Counted from the first letter of the stretch, positions 40,916-50,212 are shown. The stretch: 64,000 nt of DNA from Burkholderiales bacterium (GCA_965279115.1 OZ257137.1:1206587-1270586); one strand, 5' to 3'. Notes: generated by a model from the letters alone, not told the origin. Translations and numbers: made by a program.

Positions 40916-42235
40916 CTACTTCAACAGGTCGGGCGAGACCCAGCGCGGCAGAAGCAGCGGGATTTCCGGCCAGATGATGATCGCGCACAGCACCAACAGC
41001 ATCGGAATGAGCATGATCATGGTGTCCTTGAGCGCGAACTTGAGCGGCACCTTGGCCACCGCGCATGAAATCATCAGGCACATGCCATACGGCGGCGTCA
41101 CAAGGCCGAAAGCCAGGGAGACGATGCCGATGATGGCGAAAGACACCGGGTGCAGTCCCACGGACGCCGCCAGCGGCTGCAATGTGGTGCCGACGATGAT
41201 GATGGCCGGGATCGCGTCGAGAAAACAGCCCACCACCAGGAACGCCCCGGCAATCAGGAAGCCCACACCGATCGGGCCCAGGCCCCACTCCGTCACGTTC
41301 GCCAGCAGCGCCTTGGGAATCTGGTAGTAGGCCAGAAGCCAGCCGAACACCGATGCGGTGCCGATGCAAAACAACGCCACCGACGCCAGCCGGCCGGTAT
41401 CAACGATCGCCGTATAGAGTTGCTTGATGCTCAATTCACGGTAGTAGAAGATCGACAGGATCGCCGCATACAGCACGGCGGCCGCTGCCGATTCGGTGGC
41501 CGTGAACCAGCCCAGCAAAATGCCGCCGACGATGATCAGTGGTGTCGTCAGGGCAGGGATCGAGGTCAGCGCCGAGCGACCGATCTCGCCCAGATTGGCG
41601 CGCGGGTAGACCGGATAGTTGCGGCGCTTGGCGTAGGCATGGACCGTAGCCATCTGCGCGAGGCCGATGAGGAGGCCGGGAATCACGCCAGCCAGATACA
41701 TCGCGCCGATGGAGGTCGAGATCACACCACCCCACACCACCATCAGGATCGAGGGCGGGATGATGACGGCCAACACCGCCGACACCGCCGTGATGGCGAT
41801 CGAAAAAGACAGGTCGTAGCCTTCCTTCACCTGCGCCTCGATGAACAGCTTGCCCTGGCTTGCGGCATCTGCAGTCGACGAACCGGAAATCCCGGCGAAG
41901 AAGACCGACAGCACCACGTTGATTTGCGCCAGGCCGCCGGGAAAATGCCCGACCAGCGCACGCGAGAGACGCATCAACCGATCGGTGATGCCGCCCACAT
42001 TCATGAGGTTGGCGGTGAGCAGGAAGAACGGCACCGCCAGGAGGATGAACGAGTTGTAGGCCTTGAACATCTCGTTGAACAGCACCATGGGCGACAGGCG
42101 CGGTTCGATCACCAGGATGGGCAGGGTGGCCAGGCCCAGCGAGAACGCCACCGGGACTCGTATGGCCAAAAGGAAGAAAAAACCGCCAAACAGGACCAGC
42201 GCGGCCATGCCCGGGGTGAGCGCGGCGCCAGTCAC
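40916..42235 (-). CDS. dctM: TRAP transporter large permease
   Basis: 439-aa polytopic protein, with a 4-nt overlap with the small permease gene. Confidence 0.9.
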   Translation of the reverse strand: MTGAALTPGMAALVLFGGFFFLLAIRVPVAFSLGLATLPILVIEPRLSPMVLFNEMFKAYNSFILLAVPFFLLTANLMNVGGITDRLMRLSRALVGHFPGGLAQINVVLSVFFAGISGSSTADAASQGKLFIEAQVKEGYDLSFSIAITAVSAVLAVIIPPSILMVVWGGVISTSIGAMYLAGVIPGLLIGLAQMATVHAYAKRRNYPVYPRANLGEIGRSALTSIPALTTPLIIVGGILLGWFTATESAAAAVLYAAILSIFYYRELSIKQLYTAIVDTGRLASVALFCIGTASVFGWLLAYYQIPKALLANVTEWGLGPIGVGFLIAGAFLVVGCFLDAIPAIIIVGTTLQPLAASVGLHPVSFAIIGIVSLAFGLVTPPYGMCLMISCAVAKVPLKFALKDTMIMLIPMLLVLCAIIIWPEIPLLLPRWVSPDLLK

Positions 42236-42741
42236 ATGGCCTCCTCTGGAGAGTTCGCGTCGAGGTCTTCGCCGCGCTTGTAGAGACCGATGTCACGCAC
42301 GAAAGCTTCGATCAGGAACAACAGCCACGACCCACCGGCCACTGGCCAGGCGATAAAGATCAGCCACATCGGCAGATCGGCCAGTTCGGAAGTCTGGTTC
42401 CAGCCGAATTTGGTGAACTCGATGCCCCAGTAAATCATCACCCCGGTGAAGCCCAGCACGAAAACATTCGCAACGATGCGCAACACCGCATTGGTACGCG
42501 GGGAGGTGTCGTTCCAGATGTCGACGTCGAAATGCAGGCGCTCGCGCACTCCGATGATCGCGCCGATCATCACCATCCAGATGAAGAAGAAGCGGCTCAT
42601 TTCCTCGGTCCAGATATAGGCCGGGATCAGGGACGTGAAACGCGAAAAGATCTGGATCGACACCGGAATGATGAGGACCGCCACGGCGAGCGCAAGCACC
42701 CACGTGAGCAGCCGGTGGTAGGCATCTAGGAATTTGGTCAT
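42232..42741 (-). CDS. dctQ: TRAP transporter small permease
   Basis: 169 aa with 4 TM segments, located between dctP and dctM. Confidence 0.85.
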   Translation of the reverse strand: MTKFLDAYHRLLTWVLALAVAVLIIPVSIQIFSRFTSLIPAYIWTEEMSRFFFIWMVMIGAIIGVRERLHFDVDIWNDTSPRTNAVLRIVANVFVLGFTGVMIYWGIEFTKFGWNQTSELADLPMWLIFIAWPVAGGSWLLFLIEAFVRDIGLYKRGEDLDANSPEEAM

Positions 42742-42819
42742 TGGGCGCGGTGCGCGGGCACCGGTAGCGGAGGGAGCGATACAGGCAGGGCGGGCTTCAG
42801 GCCCGCCCCTTGCAAGGCG

Positions 42820-43818
42820 TTACTTGATGGCGTTGATCTTCGCGTAGATGGCGTCAGCGCCGATTTCCTTGGCGTAAGCGGCCATCACCGGATCGACCAG
42901 CTTTTGCATCGCCGCGCGATCGGCAAACGGAATCTGCTTCAGCTTGCCGGCCTTCTCCATTGCGTCGAGTTTCTTCTGGTCTTCCGAGGATTCGATCTGA
43001 CGACCATAGGCGCCCGCTTCCTTGCCGGCCTTGACGATGGCGTCCTGCAGGTCCTTGGGCAATTTGGCGAAAGTCTTCGACGAAAAGCACAGCGGACGGA
43101 TGGTGATGGCGTGACGGGTCAGGTTGATGTTGGGCGCCACCTCATTGAACTTCATCGCCTCCACCCCGGCAGCCTCGTTTTCGCCGGCCTCGATGACCTT
43201 GTTCTGGATGGCGTTGTAAATCTCGTTGTAGGCGATGACGGTGGGCGACATGCCGATGGCACCGAAGGTCTTGCTCCAGATCGGCGCGCCCTGCACACGT
43301 ACCTTCAGCCCCTTCAGTTCGGCCAGGTTGCGTGCCGGCTTGTTGGCGAATATGTTGCGCACGCCGCCACCGGCATAGCCGATCAGCATGACCTCACCCT
43401 TTTGCGTGACTTCGTCGGCCACCGGCTTCAACACGTCCTGGTCAAGCACCTTGTTCCAATGGTCGAGGTCGCGGAACAGGAAAGGTGCGTCGATGAAAGG
43501 TGCCGCCTTGGAGAAGGTCGACATGTGCGCCGGCGAGACGATGGCGTAGTCCACCGCCTTGCCCTGGTTCATGTAGGCAAAGTATTCCTTTTCCAGGCCC
43601 AGTTCACTGTTGCGATGGAGAACGAAATTGATCGGCTTGCCGTAGTACTTCTTGACCAGTTCCTCAAACTTGAGCATGGTCTTGTTGAAGGCATGATCGT
43701 CGGCGAATTGCGAAGCACCATGCAGGGTGATCGGTGCCTGGGGTTGTACGGCGCCGGCGGCGCACAGGGCGATCGCGCCGGCAAGGGCGCGCAGGGTAAA
43801 GCGTTTGCTTTGCAGCAT
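42820..43818 (-). CDS. dctP: TRAP transporter substrate-binding protein
   Basis: 332 aa with a signal peptide. The DctP-family pattern is present (...NFVLHRNSELG...GLKVRVQG...). Confidence 0.9.
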   Translation of the reverse strand: MLQSKRFTLRALAGAIALCAAGAVQPQAPITLHGASQFADDHAFNKTMLKFEELVKKYYGKPINFVLHRNSELGLEKEYFAYMNQGKAVDYAIVSPAHMSTFSKAAPFIDAPFLFRDLDHWNKVLDQDVLKPVADEVTQKGEVMLIGYAGGGVRNIFANKPARNLAELKGLKVRVQGAPIWSKTFGAIGMSPTVIAYNEIYNAIQNKVIEAGENEAAGVEAMKFNEVAPNINLTRHAITIRPLCFSSKTFAKLPKDLQDAIVKAGKEAGAYGRQIESSEDQKKLDAMEKAGKLKQIPFADRAAMQKLVDPVMAAYAKEIGADAIYAKINAIK

Positions 43819-44011
43819 GTTGTCTCCTCGGAGAGGGTGGTTCGGAATTTATTGTTGGTAGCGGCCCGGGATTGGTCGCTGTCGCGGCGACGCACAATTA
43901 ACCGGGCCGTTAAAACCGCGAAGGATTGCATAGGGCGTGCGGCGCTGTCAATCCGGACGGCGGCGAAATCGCGGAGAATACGGGTCCGCGTCCCGAATCG
44001 CAGTGCAACAC

Positions 44012-45220
44012 ATGGCAAACAGCAATCCCGTGATCATCGCCGGTGCCGGTCCGGTCGGACTTCTTGCAGCACTGGTTTTGGCAAGGCAGGGGGTTGCCGT
44101 GCTGGTGGTCGAAGCCGAGGCCGGGCTCACCCACGACCTGCGCGCCGGCACCTTTCATCCGCCCACGCTGGAATTGATGGCGCCGCTCGGCATCACCGGG
44201 CGCATGCATGAAACCGGCATCAAGGTGCCGCGCTGGCAGTCGCGCGATCGCAAGGAGGGGCTGATCGTCGAGTGGGACTTGGGCGCGCTGGCCAAGGACA
44301 CGGCCTACCCATACCGGCTGCACCTGGAGCAGCATCGGCTCACGCCGATTCTTCTGGAACTGCTCTCCGGATTCCCCCATGCGCAGGTGCGCTTTTCAAC
44401 CCGCTTCGAACGCATGGAGCAAACAGCAGAGGGCGTACGGGTGGCGGTGGGCACCCCGAACGGGACGGAAACCATCGCCGGGTCATGGCTGATCGGCGCC
44501 GACGGCGGCCGCAGTGCGGTGCGCAAGGCGGCCGGCATCGAATTCGAGGGCTTCACCTGGGACGAACGCTTCTCGGTCATCAGCACCACCTGCGACCTGG
44601 CGCGCTTCGGATTTGCCGACAACGCCTACATCGCCGACCCCGAGCAATGGGTGGCGGTGTTCCGCATGCCTGATGCCGGACCACCCGGCTTGTGGCGCAT
44701 GACCAGCCCGGTCAGCGCCGAGGTGAGCGATGCGGAAGTGCTCTCCGAAGCCTATGCGCAACGACTCATGGCGCGCATCCTGCCGCTGGACACGGTAGCC
44801 GAGATCACCCATACCAGCGTGTACAGCGTGCACCAGCGGGTGGCGCGCGACTTTCGCGCCGGCCGCGTGTTGCTCGCCGGCGACGCGGCCCATGTCAACA
44901 ATCCGCTCGGCGGCTTTGGCTTGAACAGCGGCATCCACGACGCCATCAACCTCGGCGAAAAGCTCGGCCGTGTCGTGCGCGGGGAATCCGGCGACGAGTT
45001 GCTCGACCTCTACGTGCGCCAGCGGCGCACGGTCAACCTGCAATACGTGCAGGAGATCTCGATCCGCAACAAGAAAAACCTCGAAGAGAAGGACCCGGTC
45101 GAAAAAAAGCGCAAGGCCGACGAAATGCGCGCCACCGCGGCCGATCCGGTCAAGACCCGGGAGTTCCTGCTCAATTCATCGATGATCAACAGCATGCGGC
45201 GCGCCAACGCCATCGCCTAG
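44012..45220 (+). CDS. FAD-dependent aromatic-ring-hydroxylase-like monooxygenase
   Basis: Track ORF 43937..45220. Start refined to MANSNPVIIAGAGPVGLLAALVLARQG (GxGxxG). Later GRVLLAGDAAHVNNPLGGFGLNSG is the DG/GD motif. Confidence 0.85.
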   Translation: MANSNPVIIAGAGPVGLLAALVLARQGVAVLVVEAEAGLTHDLRAGTFHPPTLELMAPLGITGRMHETGIKVPRWQSRDRKEGLIVEWDLGALAKDTAYPYRLHLEQHRLTPILLELLSGFPHAQVRFSTRFERMEQTAEGVRVAVGTPNGTETIAGSWLIGADGGRSAVRKAAGIEFEGFTWDERFSVISTTCDLARFGFADNAYIADPEQWVAVFRMPDAGPPGLWRMTSPVSAEVSDAEVLSEAYAQRLMARILPLDTVAEITHTSVYSVHQRVARDFRAGRVLLAGDAAHVNNPLGGFGLNSGIHDAINLGEKLGRVVRGESGDELLDLYVRQRRTVNLQYVQEISIRNKKNLEEKDPVEKKRKADEMRATAADPVKTREFLLNSSMINSMRRANAIA

Positions 45221-45257
45221 GCGCCAAAAAACCGAACTCAGGCGCCCGCCCGCGGTG

Positions 45258-45833
45258 TCAGCGGCCTGCCGATGCGCCGGCCGACGGCCAGCCGAAAAGG
45301 CCCGAACCCAAGCGCAGCAGGTCCTCGGTACCGGCGCGCCAGTGGGTGGCCTGTTCGCTGACCCAGGTTTCAAGCGTCGGCCCCGGTAGCAGGAGCACCG
45401 CGGTGCTGTCGGTGCCGTCCATGGAGATGCTCATCCCGTGACGACGGGCCAGGTGCAGGATGGCGCCGTTCTCGCGCAGGCAGTGCATGTAGATGCGCTG
45501 CAAAAAACGGTTGCGCGCCCAGCTGACCGCCTGCTCGAACAGCGCACCACCCAAGCCCTGTCCACGGGCGGCCTCATGTACCGACAAACCCAGTTCGGCA
45601 CCCTCGCCCACCGGTGCCACATGGGCCATGGCGATCAGGCGGTCCGCCCCATCGGCAATGCCTAACACGGCGTCGGCATCAAAATCGATCAGGTCGACGT
45701 AACGGTCGACCGCGGCGTCGTTGAGGGTGGCGCCAAAGCGCAGGTGCCGGTCTTCCTGCCCGAGGGCCTTGAAATGCGGGCGCAGGCGCCAGCGATCGGA
45801 ATCGACCAATTGCCTGATGACGGGATATTGCAT
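45258..45833 (-). CDS. GNAT-family N-acetyltransferase
   Basis: Track ORF 45258..45983, start refined to MQYPVIRQLV. ARGQGLGGALFEQAVSWA is the acetyl-CoA-binding motif A (Q/RxxGxG/A). Confidence 0.7.
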   Translation of the reverse strand: MQYPVIRQLVDSDRWRLRPHFKALGQEDRHLRFGATLNDAAVDRYVDLIDFDADAVLGIADGADRLIAMAHVAPVGEGAELGLSVHEAARGQGLGGALFEQAVSWARNRFLQRIYMHCLRENGAILHLARRHGMSISMDGTDSTAVLLLPGPTLETWVSEQATHWRAGTEDLLRLGSGLFGWPSAGASAGR

Positions 45834-45917
45834 CGCGGATCCTTGGCCCCGGCCGCCAGGCTTCTGGCCGGCGGACAAGGCAGTGGAACATGAAGGCGGG
45901 ATCGCCATCCAAGCACT

Positions 45918-45936
45918 CATTGTGCAACGCACAATG
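45918..45936. repeat. Perfect inverted repeat CATTGTGC-aac-GCACAATG upstream of the GNAT gene
   Basis: 8-bp arms with a 3-nt spacer, ~85 nt upstream of the GNAT start codon. Confidence 0.6.
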
Positions 45937-45981
45937 ACGCTGCGCAACCCGGTTTTACAAAGACTTGCAGTAACAGAAAAC

Positions 45982-46022
45982 AAAAAAGCCAGTGTTCGCT
46001 TACATGCAAGTCACTGACTTTT
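45982..46022 (-). terminator. Candidate rho-independent terminator after the DUF3135 gene
   Basis: The minus strand reads GTCAGTG-(17 nt)-CACTGGC followed by TTTTTT. The stem has one mismatch and the loop is partly self-complementary. Confidence 0.4.
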
Positions 46023-46090
46023 ATGTCATTTCGAAGCCAACGCCACCGCCGTACGGGCGGCTGGTGTAAAAGCCCGGTCGCGACTGAGGG

Positions 46091-46402
46091 TCAGGCGCGG
46101 GTAGCAGGCTGCGTGGCCGCCTTCATTTGCCGGGCTTCCTGGGCGAGCTGGACGGTATGCCCAAGCAGGGCCTCCATATGCTCGGAGAGCATGCCCATGA
46201 GTGTTTCAACCGCATTGCCCGGCGTACCGGCGGAGGCCCGGACGGCGTCGATGTCCGCCTGAAACTGGCGCAACTGCGCGCGCCGCTCTTCCGGGACGGT
46301 CTCGAAAAAGGCCTCGATCAACCGGGTGCGCTCGGCAAAGTAACCCTGGGGGTTTTCTTCGGCAAGCTTGCGCAGCGTATCGAAATCGGGTTCCTGGGCC
46401 AT
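46091..46402 (-). CDS. DUF3135-family small protein
   Basis: 103 aa starting MAQEPDFDTLRKLAEENPQGYFAERTRLIEAFF...LRQFQADID. It matches my recollection of DUF3135. Confidence 0.6.
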   Translation of the reverse strand: MAQEPDFDTLRKLAEENPQGYFAERTRLIEAFFETVPEERRAQLRQFQADIDAVRASAGTPGNAVETLMGMLSEHMEALLGHTVQLAQEARQMKAATQPATRA

Positions 46403-46498
46403 TTTCGTACCTCATGCGTGAACGGGGATCCATTGTAGGAACACAATTTCCTGGCGTGGTTTCCCAATGCGCAACAAATTGTGTCCCCGCAACACCTG

Positions 46499-47269
46499 TT
46501 AACGATACAGCTGTCCGCCGTCGATGTCGATCACCGTGCCCGACAGGTAGGAAGCGCGGTCGGAGGCGCAGTACAGCACCACGTCGGCTACTTCCTCGGC
46601 TTCGGCGATGCGCCCGAACGGCATGTTCGAGAGCAGTTCCTCCCAGCGCGACTCGTCGCCCAGGGTGGTCTTGGCGCGCGCCTTGGTTAGGGTGATGATG
46701 CGGTCGGTGCGGGTGGCGGTGGGGTTGACGCCCAGCACGCGCACGCCGTGGTTGGTGGAACCGCCGCCGATGCCCTTGGTGAAAGCCATGATCGCGGCAT
46801 TGCCGGTGGCGCCGCAGATATAGTCGAAGGAAGGCTTGGCACCGGCCAGGCCGATCACATTGACGATCACGCCGCTCTTTCTCTTCATCATGGCCCCCAG
46901 CACCTCGCGGGTCATGTTGATGTAGCCGAACACCTTCAGGTCCCAGGCCTCGCGCCAGCGGGCTTCGTCGATGGCCTCGACCGAGCCGCCAGGAATCGCA
47001 CCCGCGTTGTTGATCAGCACGTCGACTTCGCCGGCGGCCGCGGTCAGCGACTTGGCCGAGCCCGGCTTGGACAAGTCCACCGGGTGCAAGGTGATGTTCA
47101 CCTTGGCAGCGGCAAGTACCTGCGCCTTGGCTTCCTCCAGACGGCCGGCATCGCGCGAGGCCAGGTGCAGGTTGCAGCCTTCGGCGGCGAAGGCCTTGGC
47201 GCATGCCAGGCCGATGCCCTTGGATGCGCCGGTGATGAGAACGGTCTTGCCCTTGAGTCCGAGATCCAC
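46499..47269 (-). CDS. Classical SDR family oxidoreductase
   Basis: 256 aa with GTG start and AGGAGG RBS. TGASKGIG cofactor motif and NNAG. Confidence 0.9.
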   Translation of the reverse strand: MDLGLKGKTVLITGASKGIGLACAKAFAAEGCNLHLASRDAGRLEEAKAQVLAAAKVNITLHPVDLSKPGSAKSLTAAAGEVDVLINNAGAIPGGSVEAIDEARWREAWDLKVFGYINMTREVLGAMMKRKSGVIVNVIGLAGAKPSFDYICGATGNAAIMAFTKGIGGGSTNHGVRVLGVNPTATRTDRIITLTKARAKTTLGDESRWEELLSNMPFGRIAEAEEVADVVLYCASDRASYLSGTVIDIDGGQLYR

Positions 47270-47425
47270 TTTTACTCCTCCTTGAGTTTAATTTGCGGGG
47301 CAAGCAGACCTGAACCGGTCCGCGCTGTCCCGACCTTCAATGAAAACTACATCGTCACGCGCCACCAACAGGTCGAGCAGATAAAAAAAACGCGCATTGG
47401 TCACGCCGGAAATTCGGTCGCAACG

Positions 47426-48199
47426 CTAGTGTTGACGGGCGAGAACGCCAAAACCCGGCAGCGGATCGCGAATGCCGATACGCCTGAGCGCCAGCCAGTA
47501 GGTGGCGACATTCACGCCGATCAGCGGCTTGCCATGCGCGGCTTCGATCTCCTCGGTGATGGCGGAGACCGGCAGGTTGGTGCCGACATGGATCAGCACC
47601 TCGGCGTCGGGCCGATCCACCGCGCGGAAACCGGCGCGTATCTCGTCCAGGGTGATGCGCGCCACCGCTGTCGGGCCGGTGGCCTTGAGACCGTGCGAGG
47701 CCACCACATCAAAACCGCAGGCGGTGAAAAACTCCGCGATCAGCGCATCGGCCGGCGGCCAGTAGGGGGTGAGTACCGCGATGCGGCGCGGATTGCCGAT
47801 CGCTTCCAGGCCCTTGAGCACAGCCGTCGACGGCGTCACGAAGGGAATGCCGCACAAGGCCTCCAGCCGCGCGGCCTCGCCTTCAGCACGCGCGCGGTCG
47901 CCACGGAACGAATGGATCGAGTGCCCGTGGGCCACCACATGCGGCTCGCACGGCAGCACCAGCTTCAGCGCATCCTCAAGGCCGCCCTTCTCGGTAGCCA
48001 GCGCCTGCTTGTAGACCTCCATGTCGTCATACGGCCGCGGCGGCAACAGCATGCGGGTGACATGGTTGGTCACGCCCGCCGGCCGCATGGCCTCGAACTC
48101 CGGCTGCACGATGGTGTTGGTGGCCGGCACCACCACCGCCACCTTGGCGCGCGAGGCGAGGATGTCGGTGGAAGGAACGCGATGCTGCGAATCTGTCAC
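47426..48199 (-). CDS. Asp/Glu/hydantoin-racemase-like protein (maleate isomerase/arylmalonate decarboxylase family)
   Basis: 257 aa. VAVVVPATNTIVQPEF...IAVLTPYW...VLIHVGTNLP...IGVNVATYW is collinear with this family. Confidence 0.7.
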   Translation of the reverse strand: MTDSQHRVPSTDILASRAKVAVVVPATNTIVQPEFEAMRPAGVTNHVTRMLLPPRPYDDMEVYKQALATEKGGLEDALKLVLPCEPHVVAHGHSIHSFRGDRARAEGEAARLEALCGIPFVTPSTAVLKGLEAIGNPRRIAVLTPYWPPADALIAEFFTACGFDVVASHGLKATGPTAVARITLDEIRAGFRAVDRPDAEVLIHVGTNLPVSAITEEIEAAHGKPLIGVNVATYWLALRRIGIRDPLPGFGVLARQH

Positions 48200-48307
48200 G
48201 GGCCGCTCCGCTCTTGGGTGGCTTTTCTCGTCATGGAATCGACTGGCTCCGCCAGCGATTCCATGCTGATCAGACCCGACAAAAGTAGGTTTGTACTTTT
48301 GTCGGAA

Positions 48308-49465
48308 TCAGAAAGACCTCGGCATGCCCAGCACATGCTCGGCCACGAACGAGAGGATCAGGTTGGTCGAGATCGGCGCCACCTGGTACAGGCGCGTCTC
48401 GCGGAACTTGCGCTCGACGTCGTATTCGCAGGCGAAGCCGAAGCCGCCATGGGTCTGCAGGCAGGCGTTGGCCGCTTCCCAGGACGCCTTGGCCGCCAGG
48501 TACTTGGACATGTTGGCTTCGGAACCGCAGGGCTTGTGCGCGTCGAACAGCTGGCAGGCCTTCCAGCGCATCAGGTTGGCGGCCTCGGTCTCGATGTAGC
48601 TCTCGGCAATGGGGAACTGCACACCCTGGTTCTGGCCGATCGGGCGATCGAAGACGATGCGGTCCTTGGCATAGCTGGACGACTTCTGGATGAACCAGTA
48701 GGCATCGCCAATGCACTCAGCGGCGATCAGCACGCGCTCGGCATTGAGGCCGTCGAGGATGTAGCGGAAGCCCTTGCCTTCCTCGCCGATCAGGTTCTCG
48801 GCCGGAATCTCGAGGTTGTCGAAGAACAGCTGGTTGGTCTCGTGATTGACCATGTTGCGGATCGGGTGCACGTCAAGCCCGTTGCCGATGGCCTTCCTGA
48901 GATCGACCAGGAAGATCGACAGGCCGTCAGCCTTTTTCTTCACATCCGCCAGCGGCGTGGTGCGCGCCAGCAGGATCATCAGTTCAGAATGCTGGATGCG
49001 CGAGATCCAGACTTTCTGGCCGTTGATGACGTACTTGTCACCCTTGCGTTCGGCGGTGGTCTTGATCTTGGTGGTGTCGGTGCCGGTGGTGGGTTCGGTG
49101 ACGCCCATCGATTGCAGGCGCAACTCGCCCGAGGCGATCTTGGGCAGGTAGAACTTCTTCTGTTCCGCCGAGCCGTGGCGCAGCAGGGTGTTCATGTTGT
49201 ACATCTGGCCGTGGCAGGCGCCGGAGTTGCCGCCCTGGCGGTTGATCTCCTCCATCACCACCGATGCTTCACCCAGGCCCAGGCCCGAGCCGCCATATTC
49301 CTCGGGAATCAGCGCGGCCATCCAGCCGGCCTTGGTGAGCGCGTCCACAAACGCTTCCGGGTAGGTGCGCGCATCGTCGATCTTTTGCCAGTAGGCGGAA
49401 TCGTATTGGGAGCAGAGGGCCGCGACGGCCTCGCGGATTTCGGGAAATTCGTTGGGTGCGTTCAT
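48308..49465 (-). CDS. Acyl-CoA dehydrogenase
   Basis: Track ORF 48308..49522. Start refined to MNAPNEFPEIREAVAAL by counting residues in the track translation. TEPTTGTDT and QTHGGFGF are ACAD motifs. Confidence 0.9.
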   Translation of the reverse strand: MNAPNEFPEIREAVAALCSQYDSAYWQKIDDARTYPEAFVDALTKAGWMAALIPEEYGGSGLGLGEASVVMEEINRQGGNSGACHGQMYNMNTLLRHGSAEQKKFYLPKIASGELRLQSMGVTEPTTGTDTTKIKTTAERKGDKYVINGQKVWISRIQHSELMILLARTTPLADVKKKADGLSIFLVDLRKAIGNGLDVHPIRNMVNHETNQLFFDNLEIPAENLIGEEGKGFRYILDGLNAERVLIAAECIGDAYWFIQKSSSYAKDRIVFDRPIGQNQGVQFPIAESYIETEAANLMRWKACQLFDAHKPCGSEANMSKYLAAKASWEAANACLQTHGGFGFACEYDVERKFRETRLYQVAPISTNLILSFVAEHVLGMPRSF

Positions 49466-49735
49466 TTCTTGTGGGCCTTGCAGGCGGGAGTTCGACTGGC
49501 GATGGAAGACAAAAGCCGGCACTGGTCGACCGGCTTTGGAACGGAGTGGAAATCAGGTTGGCAAACCGGCCATTCCCCGATTTGAAGTCGGGAACGATGT
49601 CCGAAGCGCGGCTGGCGGGCGAAATTATATGCCCGAAAGGGCGCAGGAATTTACAAGCCCGCGTCTGGCCTGAACCGATGCCGACCGGAGCTCACCAGTA
49701 AAACGACCTGCAAAAGCACTGCGCGCGGCGGCGCG

Positions 49736-50212
49736 TCAGTCGCGGCCCGGCCGACGCCCGAACATGGCGCCAAGCATGCCGATGGCGCCGCCACGCCGCT
49801 GCGGGCCGGCTACGACGGGCAGGGCCGGCAAAGATTCTTCGTCCCCGCCGATCACCCTGACCTCCCGTCCGACCAGGGAAGACGGATCGACCTCTTCAAC
49901 TTCTTCACCGAATTGCGATACCACGTAGGCGCGCATGAACCACTTGAGGGGCTCGCTCCTGATGGCGGTAATGGTCGACCAGTCACCACCGAACCACCCG
50001 TTCAGAACGTCTTCGATGACGTACCACTCGTTTGAGACGATCGGTCCGCCCACGGCCCAATCGGAGGAAGGATGGTAGCTGCGCGGATCCCAGAAGCCGC
50101 TCTCGGGATCATGGCGCTCTGCCTGGGAATGGCGCTCCGGCACAGGCTTCAGGCCCGCCGACTTGGCCACCCAAAAATCCAGCAACGGTCCTTGAATGCG
50201 CTTGACTATCAT
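49736..50212 (-). CDS. NinX/DUF2591-like phage-derived protein
   Basis: C-terminal 158 aa of track ORF 49736..50419, starting MIVKRIQGPLLDFWVAKSAGLK (GGAGA 4 nt upstream). ...HPSSDWAVGGPIV... matches the NinX family pattern as I recall it. The region is visibly AT-richer and adjacent to the tRNA 3' end. Confidence 0.55.
   Translation of the reverse strand: MIVKRIQGPLLDFWVAKSAGLKPVPERHSQAERHDPESGFWDPRSYHPSSDWAVGGPIVSNEWYVIEDVLNGWFGGDWSTITAIRSEPLKWFMRAYVVSQFGEEVEEVDPSSLVGREVRVIGGDEESLPALPVVAGPQRRGGAIGMLGAMFGRRPGRD

Noticed and set aside
43819-44011. Sigma-54-like element upstream of dctP on the minus strand (CCGCAC-N5-ATGCA).
   Set aside because: It lacks the essential GG dinucleotide of the -24 box and the TTGC of the -12 box.
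47380-47425. Run of eight T on the minus strand (AAAAAAAA at ~47385-47392 on the plus strand) after the racemase-like gene, as a terminator.
   Set aside because: Only a 3-bp GCG/CGC stem precedes the T-run, which is too weak to call an intrinsic terminator. It may still contribute to partial termination before the SDR gene.
49537-49560. Possible direct repeat of the tRNA-Gly 3' end (TGGAACGGAGTGGAAATCAGG versus TGGAGCGGGTGAAGGGAATCGAA) that would delimit an island.
   Set aside because: The identity is patchy and needs indels, so it is indistinguishable from chance by eye. It is not used as an att site.
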